Positions 29,408 to 42,789 of a stretch of DNA of 64,000 nt are shown here, one piece after another. Numbering within the stretch: position 1 is the stretch's first letter; every line of letters starts with the position of its first letter. Origin of the DNA: Octopus sinensis (lineage: Eukaryota); the NCBI RefSeq assembly GCF_006345805.1, contig NC_043003.1, positions 110,422,001-110,486,000 of the forward strand, given 5' to 3'. Below the pieces are notes generated by a model. That model saw nothing but the letters and a program-made list of their open reading frames with translations. It had not been told where the DNA came from and ran no database searches. Made by a program: the position numbers and the translations under genes.

Positions 29408-30658
29408 ATATATATATATATTATATATATCTATATATATATATATATGTATATTTAGTTTCCAATTTGCAATAGCTAAAAATTCATCAGTCTCAGACGT
29501 TTAAATCTCTCATCACAACTGCTGTTATGCAAATACATATTATATATCTGAGAAATTGTTTCTTTACTGCATACAAATACGATATTTTATGAGATTAAAT
29601 ATTTCCAGCACATATAAAATACAATTATATAATGCGAAAGACACAATGTATCATTTTTAGAATGTTAATAATAAAATGATTTATTTCATTACCTTCAGGA
29701 TTAATATACGAAACAAATGTATAGTTTTACTAATAGAATATACTATAATACAGATCTATGACATTATTTCATTATCACCAGGATCAAGAAACGCACACAC
29801 ACACACACACACACCCATACGCACAATTCGCACGCACATACACACACACACACACACTCACTCACACACACACACCACACACACACACATATATATATAT
29901 ATAGGAAAGGTCGGAGAGAATGAAAGACAGACTGACAGACAGGATAAATACGTAAGTTGATGTGAATTACATAACTCGTGCCAAGTAATTAGACGAAGAC
30001 GTATCAAGCAACAAATAAATTTCTGAATATAATAGGAACTGATAAAAATGTGATACATCGTAGGGTTATAAATTACCCCGTCGTTATGTTAGCAACCTAT
30101 CACGCATAATAATCATTGAAACTCTGTTGGATAAACAAGTGTATTTAGCGTTAAGTATCAAGCGTGTTTATGCCCGAGGCTGGAATGAAGACACATCCTG
30201 TATTTGTGTAGATGGATAGGAGAATGTCCCCAAGGGATTTTTACTTTCAGTATTCGTACTTGTCAGTTACTGTTGCGGTTGTGAATATTCGGAGGGCATA
30301 TATAAATTGAATAAAGGGTTCGTGATACCACAATATATACTCAAAAACATATAATATCTATAAGCGAAAATGTTAGCATATATTTATATAGTAAATAAGA
30401 GAAAACTTTGGTGAAGTTTCTTCTAGCTTAGTTCAAATAAAGTTTACTCATTCCTACAGGAAGTGAATTCGAACGTTGAGGATATATATATATAATAAAA
30501 ATAAAAGAATACGAAAATCTCGATTGGTATTGAAGTTTCGTATACTCCAACAAAATGCAAAATAGGTTTTATACAGAAGGAAAAATTCACATACACACAT
30601 GTGTGAGTGTGTGCATATATATATATATATATGCGTGTGTGTGTGTGTACGTATGTAT

Positions 30659-30705
<47 letters not shown>

Positions 30706-30850
30706 GTATATATATATATATATATATATACATTCATACTTATATATATACATACATACATATATATATATATAATATATATATATATATTATATATATA
30801 TATATATATACATACATACATACATACATACAAACATATATATATATAAT

Positions 30851-30917
<67 letters not shown>

Positions 30918-31350
30918 TTAGTTTCCAATTTGCAATAGCTAAAAATTCATCAGTCTCAGACGTTTAAATCTCTCATCACAACTGCTGTTATGCAAATACA
31001 TATTATATATCTGAGAAATTGTTTCTTTACTGCATACAAATACGATATTTTATGAGATTAAATATTTCCAGCACATATAAAATACAATTATATAATGCGA
31101 AAGACACAATGTATCATTTTTAGAATGTTAATAATAAAATGATTTATTTCATTACCTTCAGGATTAATATTACGAAACAAATGTATAGTTTTACTAATAG
31201 AATATACTATAATACAGATCTATGACATTATTTCATTATCACCAGGATCAAGAAACGCACACACACACACACACACCCATACGCACAATTCGCACGCACA
31301 TACACACACACACACACACTCACTCACACACACACACACACACACACACA
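28432..31350. repeat. tandem duplication, two copies of about 1.46 kb
   Basis: GGAAAGGTCGGAGAG at 28450 and 29904; GGATCAAGAAACGCAC at 29781 and 31245; near-identical unique sequence, junction inside (CA)n. Confidence 0.97.
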
Positions 31351-31688
31351 TACTCCCATATATATAGCATATATATGCATGTATATATATGTACATATAT
31401 ATAATGTATATGCATATATATATAATGCATATGCACACGCACACACAGACACACACACATATCTGCCTCTCAGACTCTTTAAATTCTGCCTGTCTTTATC
31501 TCTCTGCATTACGACACTTTAATGTTTTTCTCCGAGTTTCAAAAGCATTAAAAATGTACATATTTGGTAAACGTTACCTTTATATTGTACATCTGAATGT
31601 TTGTTAAACTTGCATCATTATGTATATTCATATATGTGTGTGTGTATTTCACGTGCATAATATGCACATGTATATATATGTATATATA

Positions 31689-32166
31689 TATATATTAGAA
31701 GAAATGAGGTAATCAGAAGATCGGATGGTTCATATTTACAGATATTTATTTATATATTACATTTTTTACATATATATATCATATCATTCAGATCATATCA
31801 TTCACATCATTAGCGCTTTCTCCCATTCTAGTGGGGTTTTCAAATCAAAATAATTCCTTTGCGGGGAATTTTAATCATTTTATAGAGTTTCATAGTGGTG
31901 GGGAGGAACAAGACAGCACAATACTTCACCCTCTTGTGCTGTCTTGTTCCTCCCCACCACTATGAAACTCTATAAAATGATTAAAATTCCCCGCAAAGGA
32001 ATTATTTTGATTTGAAAACCCCACTAGAATGGGAGAAAGCGCTAATGATGTGAATGATATGATCTGAATGATATGATATATATATGTAAAAAATGTAATA
32101 TATAAATAAATATCTGTAAATATGAACCATCCGATCTTCTGATTACCTCATTTCTTCTAATATATA
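31689..32166. mobile_element. perfect fold-back palindrome (233-bp arms, 12-nt loop), probable non-autonomous Penelope-like derivative
   Basis: 31689-31921 is the reverse complement of 31934-32166; loop TACTTCACCCTC; terminus TTAGAAGAAATGAGGTAA resembles that of the element at 44212; hammerhead-like motif in each arm. The palindrome is certain, the family assignment is inferred. Confidence 0.75.
32008..32048 (+). ncRNA. candidate variant minimal hammerhead ribozyme (U3-A8 core); mirror copy on the minus strand at 31807-31847
   Basis: UUGAAAA-c-CCCA-cuagaa-UGGG-a-GAAA-GCGC-UA; stem I is weak. Confidence 0.4.
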
Positions 32167-32192
32167 ATACCTGTACATCATCTCCAAACCTT

Positions 32193-32232
<40 letters not shown>

Positions 32233-32233
<1 letters not shown>

Positions 32234-33453
32234 GGGATGGTATTTGAGGACATATGCTTTTTATTTAATAAAGCGATTCTAATCTTTCAAAACATATATT
32301 TAACTCGAGATTTCTGTGCATTTTCCCGATATGCTTTCTTATAATGTTACCCTAGCATTCCTATTTTATCTTCTGTGACTGCTTCAATGTGGCATTAGAA
32401 CATTTGGTATGTCTGCGCTAAGCGCTTCTTATTCATTTCGAACATCACCAGAAGAATGTCGGCCTTCGGTGAGGCTATGTTATTTTGACGATATCAACTA
32501 GTCTCATCTTCGATAAAACGCTCCAGATAGAGTTGTCAATGGAATCTGTAACTAGCGAGTTTGGAAGTATCGAATTTTGGTTACTGGATCGAAAATACTT
32601 TTTTTCTATCCATCATTGGTTTACAACGGCTTTTGACACGGCGTGAGTAATTTTAAAACAGACATGACCTTCCACTGAGTAGTTCATCTATCCAGGACTT
32701 AACTAATTTCTTCATCACCCCAGCATATGTAAGAGCATTAAGCGTAAGACCTTGTGGAAAGATGAATAGTGGAATGACATTACTTTCGTATCTCAATCCT
32801 GTTATTGGAACCTTAGTGTGTATCAGTCCGGGAGTATCAGACTGCTCTGCAAACAACCATCCGTTACTATTCCTGTTAGATAATTAGACTTGTTTGCAGC
32901 TTTTTACATTGGAGAGCAATCGAGGTATGCCATGCTTTTAGGTTTTTTTTTGTATCCTGTTATGTAAATATCTGGCACGGATTCAATGGTTATGCATTGT
33001 TTCACAGATATGTAGAGGCTACTCGCCAGGTGTATACGTTTTGTATCAATTGTCCGTGTGCACCAATGTTCTTATAGTACACTCCAGCACCTGGATTTCT
33101 TCTGTGATTGTCATCATTTGTTTTTTTTTTGTGGATCATCATTGATAATCTTATGAACATGTTAGATCAATGACGTTTGTTTTTTAGTATACGAACGTTT
33201 AGTATGTTATTTTTTGTCTTTGATACAGTTGAAAAATTATTTCTCCAAACTCGGCCTTTATCTTTTGCAACGTTTAGAAAGTTGGTAATTTCTAAATTGC
33301 CGGTTTCCAAATATATAGCAAAAATTACTACATGCGTTTGTTTTCCTGTATTCGTAATGCATCTGCCATAGGAGAATCTGATAGACATTAAGATTTATCA
33401 ACCGCTTTCAGGAAAGTAACATACTGATATTTAGGTGTCCTCAAATACCCGCG
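32233..33453 (-). mobile_element. maT/DD37D-like Tc1/mariner element, degenerate
   Basis: Inverted terminal motif GGTATTTGAGGACA at both ends; HTKVP..VIPLFIFPQGLTLNALTYAGVMKKLVKSWID resembles a maT transposase. Confidence 0.8.
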
Positions 33454-33704
33454 GCTTTCACACACATACACACTCACTCATACACACAAGCACACACACA
33501 TATGTTTTGGTGTATATATGTGAGTGAGTATATGCATACTGTGTTTCCATACTTGCAGTTAAGAAACAGTCAAACAGCATTTGACGGTAACATTCTTAGA
33601 CATACATATACACTAGGAATCTAATAAGGCACTGTACGTTATACATTACTAAAATTTGTCGTTCCTGATATTGTCTTTTTACATCGAAAGTATGTTTTAT
33701 ACAG

Positions 33705-33875
33705 ACGTAGGTATGATGGTGTGATAAAGAATTTCACTTTAAAACCGCGTGGTTTCCGTATCAGTTCCACTACTCGGCACCTTCGCTAATTATCGTCTAC
33801 TTCATTTTATTGCAGACCAATGCTTTGTTAGCGAAATTGGTAGATTTAAATAGTGTGGAAAATTGTCGTATATTA
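33705..33875 (+). mobile_element. SINE family B, degenerate 5' part
   Basis: Diverged match to the family B head and core. Confidence 0.45.
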
Positions 33876-34311
33876 TATGTTGGGCGGTGGTGGTGTTTGT
33901 GTGTGCGTGCTTGTGTGTTTATGTGTGTCGGTATATGTGGTTGTGTTTTCTCCACCCACCTCAGTTGTCAAGCATTAGAAGGCGAAGAGAATAAGTAACT
34001 ACGTAACTTCAAATAGCGGTGTACTGTTTAACCGATGTTGCACAATGAAGTTGTTAATACGCAAATGATGATACTGTTACGACAAGAATATTGTTTATCG
34101 TCATTTTTTTCACGTACGTTCGAAATTTGAAGACACAGCAGTATCAAATTATGTTTCATCTGCAGGATTCTAAGTCTCTATGACAGCGAAATTTGCAACA
34201 AACTCCAGCCCGCTTTTTGTTTTACTTTTTTGTTATCTAGGATTTTCTAAAATTAAAATCTAAATGTACAAAAAAGTTGCAAGGTAAAATCGAATATATA
34301 TATATATATAT

Positions 34312-34840
34312 ATCCGCTCAGTCGAAGTCGACTCTCCGTCACTCGTTGGATCAGTGTCCTCCAGTCAGTTCTATCCTTGGCCGCTTCCTTCAGATTGGCC
34401 ATATCCATTCCGGTATCACTCATGATGGTGTCAAGCCAGCGGGTTCTTGGTCGGCCTCTTCCTTTCTTGCCACTGACCATTCCGATCATGATGTCCTTCT
34501 CCAGGGATTCTCTCCGCATAATATGACCGAAATATGCCAATCTACGCTTGGTAATCCTAGCTTCTAGCGACATTTTCGGCCTTATCTGCTTAAGACCTTC
34601 TCCAGTGGTGAGCCTCGCTGTCCATGGAATCCGGAAAAGTCTTCTCCAACACCAAATCTCGAATGCATTAATTCTCTTCTGGTCAGCTTTCTTTAGTGTT
34701 CATGTCTCGCATCCATATGTTTCAATTCGGAAGAAAATTGCATTCACCAATCTGCATTTGGTAGCGAGTCTGATGTCTCTACTCTTCCAGAGCCTGCTCA
34801 TGCTGACCATTGCCTCTCTGCCTAGTACTATCCGCCGTCT
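34312..34840 (-). mobile_element. RTE-BovB-like LINE, 5'-truncated 3' end
   Basis: RRRIVLGREAM..LWKSRDIRLATKCRLV..YGCET*TLKKADQKRINAFEIWCWRR..YFGHIMRRESLEKDIMIGMVSGKKGRGRPRTRWLD; one in-frame stop. Confidence 0.92.
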
Positions 34841-34854
34841 TATATATATATATC

Positions 34855-34898
<44 letters not shown>

Positions 34899-35360
34899 AA
34901 AGTGTACGTAGGCCGCTAAATATATATATATATGTATAGAATAAACGGCCCATTACGTGGATGTATAGTATTACTGTACACTCTGTATTAACTTCGCAGA
35001 CAAACAAAAGAAGGCGCACAGTGCTATAGCCAATTCAATGGCGATACACTGAGAAGTATATGAGATGAAATATATTTGGAGACTGTGGAACCAGAGTTGG
35101 TATGCTCATTATACTCCTAAAAATGTTTTGACATGAGCTAACGAGGATATCTGATGTGCATCACATTGACTAAGTTAATGTAGCTTTAGTACAAAATTAC
35201 TCCAAAATGGATTCTGCATCACTGCCAGAACATCATTACTGAAGCTGCTACAATATAATGAAATGTTACTATTCTCTAGAAATATCATGTCTTGGTCCAA
35301 AATATAAGAAACTATTAATTATCGTGTTGATTAGGCTCAAATCAGATTCTCCATTGTCTG

Positions 35361-35463
35361 TTAACAGTTAGAGAACTTTATGTATGTTGTATTACTGCGT
35401 AGTGATAATAGATCCTTTGTTTGCGATATCCAAGAACCCAAAATGTTTGTCTGGACCAGATCA
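35361..35463 (-). CDS. candidate terminal coding exon, second half of a CUB-like domain
   Basis: Pyrimidine-rich acceptor TTCTTCATCACATCCACCTTCAG; phase 2 matches the exon at 47491-47656; encodes DLVQTNILGSWISQTKDLLSLRSNTTYIKFSNC*, like the CUB pattern LG..C...S.SN..YI.F. Confidence 0.55.
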
Positions 35464-36744
35464 CTGAAGGTGGATGTGATGAAGAAACATTTGTAAACAT
35501 TGAACACTTCGTTCGAACAACAGCGTCATTTACAAATGACTCGACTTTGGGCCAATTTTATTCTGATATACAATTATTGAAAGAATAAATATACAAACAT
35601 GCACATGCGCATGTACCCGATTACATATGCAAGCACATATTTAAACGCTGGCGTCAACTAAATTTCGGTCTACGATGCATTGGACAATTCCAGTCTTTAG
35701 TAGAAGCTCCATGCTGAGAAATGCTATTCAGTGGCATAACACATGGAGTAATATTACTGCGAAGTGTACTCTTCAACTGCAGAAACGTCTACAGCCAAAT
35801 CATAATGGCAATGGTATTCCAAAATGCCGACGTTCCTGCTTTTTCGATTACTTCAGAAATGATTTATTGCAGAGATAGTTACATAAATTTATCACAAAAT
35901 GTCGAAGATAATGGAGTCACCGCATGTATAAAACTGAGCTATTCAATTATGGCTTACAAAAACCTCATAAAATATTTGGGGTGCGGCATGTATTGCAATA
36001 AACCATCTTAAAATATTCTGGTTATTCATTTAACCTAAAAGCAAACCAAGTCCAAAATATAACTCGACTATAAAAATCAAGAATAATATTCATTTTGAAA
36101 TTTTAAAACAGAATGTATCACTTTATATCGTTGTGCGGCTTAAATAACTTATATGCTTCTTTTTTCGTCTCCTGTGATTTACATTTATCATACGTGTCGC
36201 ATGATTTTCTTATTTCTTCTTCTCAATATTATTTTTATAAATACCGATGTTTTTTCACGATAATCATTTTCTCAAACAAATAACTATATTATATTACTAT
36301 AATAAAATATACTGAAAAATTTCTGTACTGACAGTTTAAGTAATAGAATTTAATTTAAATAATACAAATGCAGTTATTATTGTAATTATTAGACAACTTG
36401 ACCAATAGCGAATGCTTTGCTTCCGACATATTATCGATTTTTCCTTTAAACATTCCTACATTACAAGAAATAATTTCTCAAATAGTTTATGCTTATCTAT
36501 GTCATCACTTGCTATAGAGTTTGTTAAGAGAGTTATACGTTTTTTTACAGGAATATATAATTATCTAGAACTTTAAATTTAACGACGCGATGGTAAAAAA
36601 TCCTTATATACTGATGCGAACCGCCCAGCCATGTATATGCACCTTTATACATACATACATACCTACATACATACATACATACATACATACATACATACAT
36701 ACATACACACATACATACACACAAATACATATATTGCATCATTT

Positions 36745-37714
36745 TTTGTCTGGTAACCAAGAATGCATGCACAAAGACGTCGCACGACTCTACCTCAACG
36801 TATCATCAGCTGAAATGATGAGCATATGTGAACAGAAGACTATGCATGGATATGTTAGTAGAAAGCTCCATGATCATCGATCATCAAAGAAGTTTATCAT
36901 GGACCTATTGCTGGATTACTACCTTCCACTTTGAAGGGTATGTGTTTGCAATCCAGGAACAAGAAACATCAACTAAATACCTGATGAACAAAGGTGATAG
37001 AGATGCAAGAAAAGCAGTAAAATTTGACAACCGATGCAGACTTTGTGGAGCTCACACTGAAGATATTATCCACATCATAAGCGGTTGTTCGAAAATGTCA
37101 CCACGGTTTATCTACGGATGAGATATGACCTTCTTGCTAGGCCACTGTATAATTAAATCCATGGGAAGGACAAATAAGAACCCACAATATGGTAGAAGCC
37201 AAACCCAGTCATAATAAAAACAAAGAATACTTGTAGAATGTACTAGTGAAGTCCTCAATAAAATATGAATAAAACAGATCTGATATAATGATTTGGGATA
37301 GAGAAGAGAAACTGTGTACAGTTTTAAAAATTAGCTGCCCAGCGGATGTTAACATAAAGCTGAAATTCAGTGAAAAAGAGAACGCCTATGCTGACCTATA
37401 AAGAAATCTGCAGTTACTCTATCCAGATTGCAAGTTCAGGTTTATACCTGTAACTAATGGGGCTCTGGGATATGTAATACACGGCCTAAATACCAATTAG
37501 GCAGTGTTACAGAAACCAGAGAGGAGAGAGCTAATTCGAAGACTACAAATCTACTCTATCACAGCAATCTTAAAAATTCTGTAAAACTTTCCAGAAGTTT
37601 ATCATTTAAATATATATGAGCATGTCTAGATATGCAACTATATGCATGTGAATACATGCATAAAAGATACAAATCTGCACATACATACATGCATACCTAT
37701 ATACATACATACAC

Positions 37715-37769
<55 letters not shown>

Positions 37770-37890
37770 ATACATACATACATAAAAATACCGTTGTTCA
37801 TTTTGAAATTCCGATGCTTGGATATAGGCTAGAAACCGGTTGTTTCTCTATTGGCAAGATATCTTAAAATAAACTGAATGATGATATAAA
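36745..37890 (+). mobile_element. R4/Dong-like (RLE-encoding) LINE 3' portion, degenerate
   Basis: KTMHGY..FEGYVFAIQEQE..CRLCGAHTEDIIHIISGC (CCHC knuckle), then DIMIWDREEKLCTV..SCPADVNIKLK..EK and IPV..GALG restriction-like endonuclease motifs. Confidence 0.85.
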
Positions 37891-37896
37891 TACATG

Positions 37897-37930
<34 letters not shown>

Positions 37931-37939
37931 TATATATAT

Positions 37940-38318
37940 GGATGGAAGCACTCCGTCGGTTACGACGATGAGGGTTCCGGTTGATCCGAATCAACGGAAC
38001 AGCCTGCTCCTGAAATTAACGTGTAAGTGGCTGAGCACTCCACAGACACGTGTACCCTTAACGTAGTTCTCGGGGGATATTCAGCGTGACACAGAGAGTG
38101 ACAAGGCTGGACCCTTTGAAATACAGGTGCAACAGAAACAGGAAGTAAGAGTGAGAGAAAGTTGTGGTGAAAGAGTACAGCAGGGATCACCACCATCCCC
38201 TGCCGGAGCCTCGTGGAGCTTTTAGGTGTTTTCGCTCAATAAACACTCACAACGCCCGGTCTGGGAATCGAAACCGCGATCCTATGACCGCGAGTCCGCT
38301 GCCCTAACCACTGGGCCA
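37940..38318 (-). mobile_element. tRNA(Arg-like)-derived SINE family C, full length
   Basis: Minus-strand head TGGCCCAGTGGTTAGGGCAGCGGACTCGCGGTC..GGTTTCGATTCCC has A and B boxes; flanked by (TA)n. Confidence 0.8.
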
Positions 38319-39474
38319 TATATATATATGTGTGTGGGTGTGTGTGTGTGTGTGTTTGTACACTCTCATATGTAAAGTTAAACATATCTTAAATGAAAAC
38401 AATTATGCATACAAGAATAACTGAATAACTACATATATCATTGTCATTGTACAGTAGTCAGTTTTCCTTGCACACACACAAACACACACACACAGATACA
38501 GTTACTGTATACATACACAGACGCACAAATACAAAACGTACACACACCAACATGTATAAACGCATACACACACACACATTCATATATGGATATATGCATA
38601 TCAGTGACATGACGCAACTACCACAGCAGGTAGAAAAGTGTATCTGGTTTGTTACCAAGCTCTCACTGTGTTGTTTTTATATATTATTTAGCTCTTTCTT
38701 AATTTCATGTACGTAGTATTTTATCGATGAATATGTCTCCTTAGCTAAAATCAATCTTACCAGTATTGTATGTCATTATCAATTAATTTTATTAGTTTTC
38801 TATGCTCTTATCTTCAAGTCTCCATTTAATCATCCTAATCTTAATTATTGATAATATTTATATACGGGAATATATTGCTCTATTTTCTCATGCATTCACC
38901 GGTTCTCTTATAATTAGATATTTGTTATCAACTAACTCCACTCCATATATTTTTAATACACTTAGCAAATCTTTACATCTTTTAATCTATGCTTAATTTT
39001 TTTTCCATCAAAACTAATCTATACCTTATGTTCTTCCTATCTAATATATACATTATTTCAACTACTCAATTTTATCACTTTTCATGAAACTTCCCGCTGG
39101 AAAATATTATCATAATTTTCTTTTTGTATTTTCATCACCATGTGACCTCTTCCACCTCATTACTCCACTTTTGATGTCCTAGTCTTCTTTTTATTATTAT
39201 TAAATTTCAACACTGTAACTATTATTGCAATAAAGCTATCCACCTTTTCTTCATTTTCCGTATTTTCCTTGGCATTCTCATCCTTTTTTATACGATAAAC
39301 TTCATCACTAGTAATAATATTGATGCTGGTACTGATATTACATTTTGCCTTATTATTCATATCAATACTGATGTGAATATTACTATTAACGTTGCTATTA
39401 ACATTTAACTTTTAAATTATAATTAATTATAAGCAAAATTAAAGGATGGTTTTTATGCATGTAATCAAATATTC

Positions 39475-39680
39475 GTTTCTACTCTAGGCACAAGGCCCGA
39501 AATTTTTGAGGAAGAGGCCAGTCGATTAAAGCGACCCCAGCATGCAAATGGTACTTAATTTATCAACCCTGAAAGGCAAAGTCGACCTCGGCGGAATTTG
39601 AACTCAGAACATAATGACAGACGAAATGTCGCTAAGCATTTCGCCCGGCATGCTAACCTTTCTACCAGATTACTGCCTTT
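39475..39680 (-). mobile_element. SINE family A
   Basis: GAAAGGCAAAGTCGACCTCGGCGGAATTTGAACTCAGAAC motif. Confidence 0.88.
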
Positions 39681-40979
39681 ATTAAACCAAATATTAAGGA
39701 AGTTGAAGATAATATATTTCGTTTAAATTTTCATTAATATTTCTTTACAAAACAGGAATAAAATCTATACGTTTCCATTCTATTAATAATAATGTCCACA
39801 TAGTTTTACATATTAATACTTTTGAGTTTAAGTTGAATTTATATTAGGATAAGATTCAAAAGACTGCACGTGTATCATTTGAGGTTAAATGATACACGTT
39901 GACCGAAAGTTGAAAGGGTATATAAAGAAAAATCTCTTAATAAAATGTGATATGATATAATGAACGAGCTATAATGAAAATCAGATGAGTAGTAAAGCAA
40001 GGATGCAAAATATTCTGAAGAAAATCTGAGTATACGGCGCTAAAATGATATAGGGACCATATGCACTTTCCCATTTTGGAAACACTTCTCTCTCTCTCTC
40101 TCTCTCTGTCTCCATCTCTCACTTCCCTCTCCCCTCTCTCTCTCTCTCTCTATTTGTCAGTGAACAGGTTGCGGTCTCAAAACGACGAAAATATTTTGAC
40201 AAATTAAATTTAAATGTTGAAGTGAATCTAACGGTTTTCTTAAACGACTTATAATCACCTTCCACTTTGCAATTGTTTTCGTTCCAGCACAGGATCTCAG
40301 ATCAAGTCACTCGCTATGCAAGTACAACTCCGTAAAATATATTTACATATATATATAAATATATGTATTCCCGCGTGTGTATCTGTGTACGTGTATAAAC
40401 TAATCACAAACCATCTTCAAAGTACACGTTAGCATTTCATAATCTGGAGAGGATAGAATTTACCATATTACAGAATTCATTTCACTTATGTGAAAATATG
40501 GTTAAGACATTACGAAACACTCTTACTGCATATCAATCATCCTTTAATAATACCTAAATCCCAGTACATTAATAGATTATACTCATTAGAGTTCTACTGC
40601 ACCAATCAGTCAAACTTTAATTAACTTCATCTCGAATTCTGTCATACAGTGTACATAATCCGTCATAATCAAATTTTAATTCGATTCATTACTTAAATAC
40701 TGCTTCGTACAAATCCACTAGCAACGGCTAATTACGTGCTCGTTGGCTTTGATTAGTCGCAGGTGATACGAATGAAATATGGCAAGCATTGGGATGGATA
40801 TTGAACTAACCATAAACTTAACGAGATATACCTAAAATTCTAAGTTAGACATTTCTTAAACATGCCCACATAGAAACACACTTTTATTTGTATGTATGTA
40901 AATCAGAGGGTGTAAGCTCTTGTAGTTGCTGCTGGTATAAGATTACATGTATAAGCGATAATTTTGTATGACGTTTTAT

Positions 40980-41022
<43 letters not shown>

Positions 41023-41394
41023 CGTGTGTGTGTCTATGTGCGTGTGTGTGTGTTTCAACAGCAAACGAGTTGTTATCCTTTTGAACCGTGATCTACAGAT
41101 ATTGGATCAAAGTTATTGTAGTTTTGAATATCATTTTTTAAGTGGTGTAAGATACTACATAAAATCAGCGGTTTGACTTTGAGATAATCAGAAGTAACCT
41201 TCAAAGTATCTTCAACTGGATGTGTTTGGGCGAAAGGGCTACTTGCAAAATCCCTAAAATACTTGACTGCTCTTTGTGATCTCAACCATGGAATCATGAA
41301 ATACGTATCGTTATCTGCCGGATTTGGACTCAAAATTTAAACGGAGTAATGTTAGCAGTAGTAATTCGACTACTATTCCATTACTTAAGGAAAC

Positions 41395-41696
41395 AATTGA
41401 TAGGCTCACATGCTGCGGGAACGTAAACACACCAACATCAATTATCAAGCAATGGTGCGGGGGGGGGCAAAAACAAATATATATATATATATATATGTAT
41501 ATGTGTGTGTGTGTGCGTGTGTGTGTGTGTGTATACGACATGCGTCTTTCCGTTTCCGTCTACTATATCCACTCACAAGGCTTTAGTGGACCCGAGGCTA
41601 TACTAGAAGGCACTTGCCGAAGGTGCCACACAGTGGGACTGAACTCAGAACCATGTCGTTGGTAAGCAAGCTACTTACACCCACCCACTCCTGAGC
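41395..41696 (-). mobile_element. SINE family B
   Basis: Homologous to 8561-8938. Confidence 0.75.
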
Positions 41697-41721
41697 CCCT
41701 TCCCTCTCTCTTTATATATAT

Positions 41722-41763
<42 letters not shown>

Positions 41764-42139
41764 CGTGAATATTTTCCCTTCTAAATCCGTTGCTGCTAAA
41801 AGGGGTCATTTCATATCTGACTGTACATGAACGTGATAAATATTTACGGAAACACCTCTGTTTTCAACAGTTACTGAGTGGAGGAGAGGCAACAACTATT
41901 TTCTCATCATGAGAATGAGTATTAATGTGTGTTAACTTGATATTTCATTCACATTAAAGTATAAAGCATATTACATAGAATGATATATATCAGCATTTTA
42001 ATCTGACATCAAATGCCTTATTTTTGAAATGGGGACATTTCTTGACATTATATATTGCATAACTATAACTAATATACAAATAACGTCGAGGAAGTAGAAA
42101 ATTAAATAAAGGAAATATAATTGTTGACTAGAAATATTT

Positions 42140-42310
42140 ATTTCAAATTTTGGAACAAGGCCTGAAATATTGGTAGGTAGGTATGTGCATTGCATAGGCC
42201 CCAGTGCTCAAATTATACTTAGTTTATCGACCCTGCAAGAACGTAAGGTAAAGTCGATAAGCATTTTGTCCGGCGTGGTGTGCTAACGATTCTGCCAGCT
42301 CTTCGCCTTC
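42140..42310 (-). mobile_element. SINE family A, degenerate
   Basis: TTATCGACCC..GGTAAAGTCGA..GCTAACGATTCTGCCAGCTC. Confidence 0.7.
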
Positions 42311-42569
42311 AGAAAAATTAAAATATTACATGTTATAAAGTTTTTACCATTAAGGTGAGCCTCATTATGGCTAGACTGTTGGACCGAAAATCATTGAATC
42401 ATGGGTTCTTGCTACAGCTAGTCAATTAATTTACGGTGTTCCATTTATTCTACGGACGATTAATACAAAACAAGTGTTCTCTCCCTTTTCTGCCCTCTCT
42501 TTCTCTCTCCCACCCATCATTCTCTCATTCTCCCGCCTCCTCTCTCTCTCATCTATCTTTCTCATCCTA

Positions 42570-42605
<36 letters not shown>

Positions 42606-42789
42606 GGTGTAACAGCCTCGACCTTTTCATAGGTCCAGAGAGAAGGCGGACCGAGAATTAATTTATGCCGGTCGATATCACATAAGCACATGAAAAAAAA
42701 CAAAAAAAACGTATGGATGGGACATATTAGAAGGTCGAACTCTCTTGCGAGTGACGGTTATTGATTTGTTTTAATTTCATATTTATTAC

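Noticed and set aside
37811-37842. CCGATG..GAAA-CCGG-TT hammerhead-like motif in the R4-like 3'UTR
   Set aside because: The core is incomplete and stems I and II are not supported.
38240-38318. tRNA gene
   Set aside because: A and B boxes are present, but there is no proper cloverleaf or terminator and it continues into a SINE body.
41073-41333. Possible extra exon between the two CUB-like exons
   Set aside because: Poor acceptor and donor context, and no CUB-like fit.
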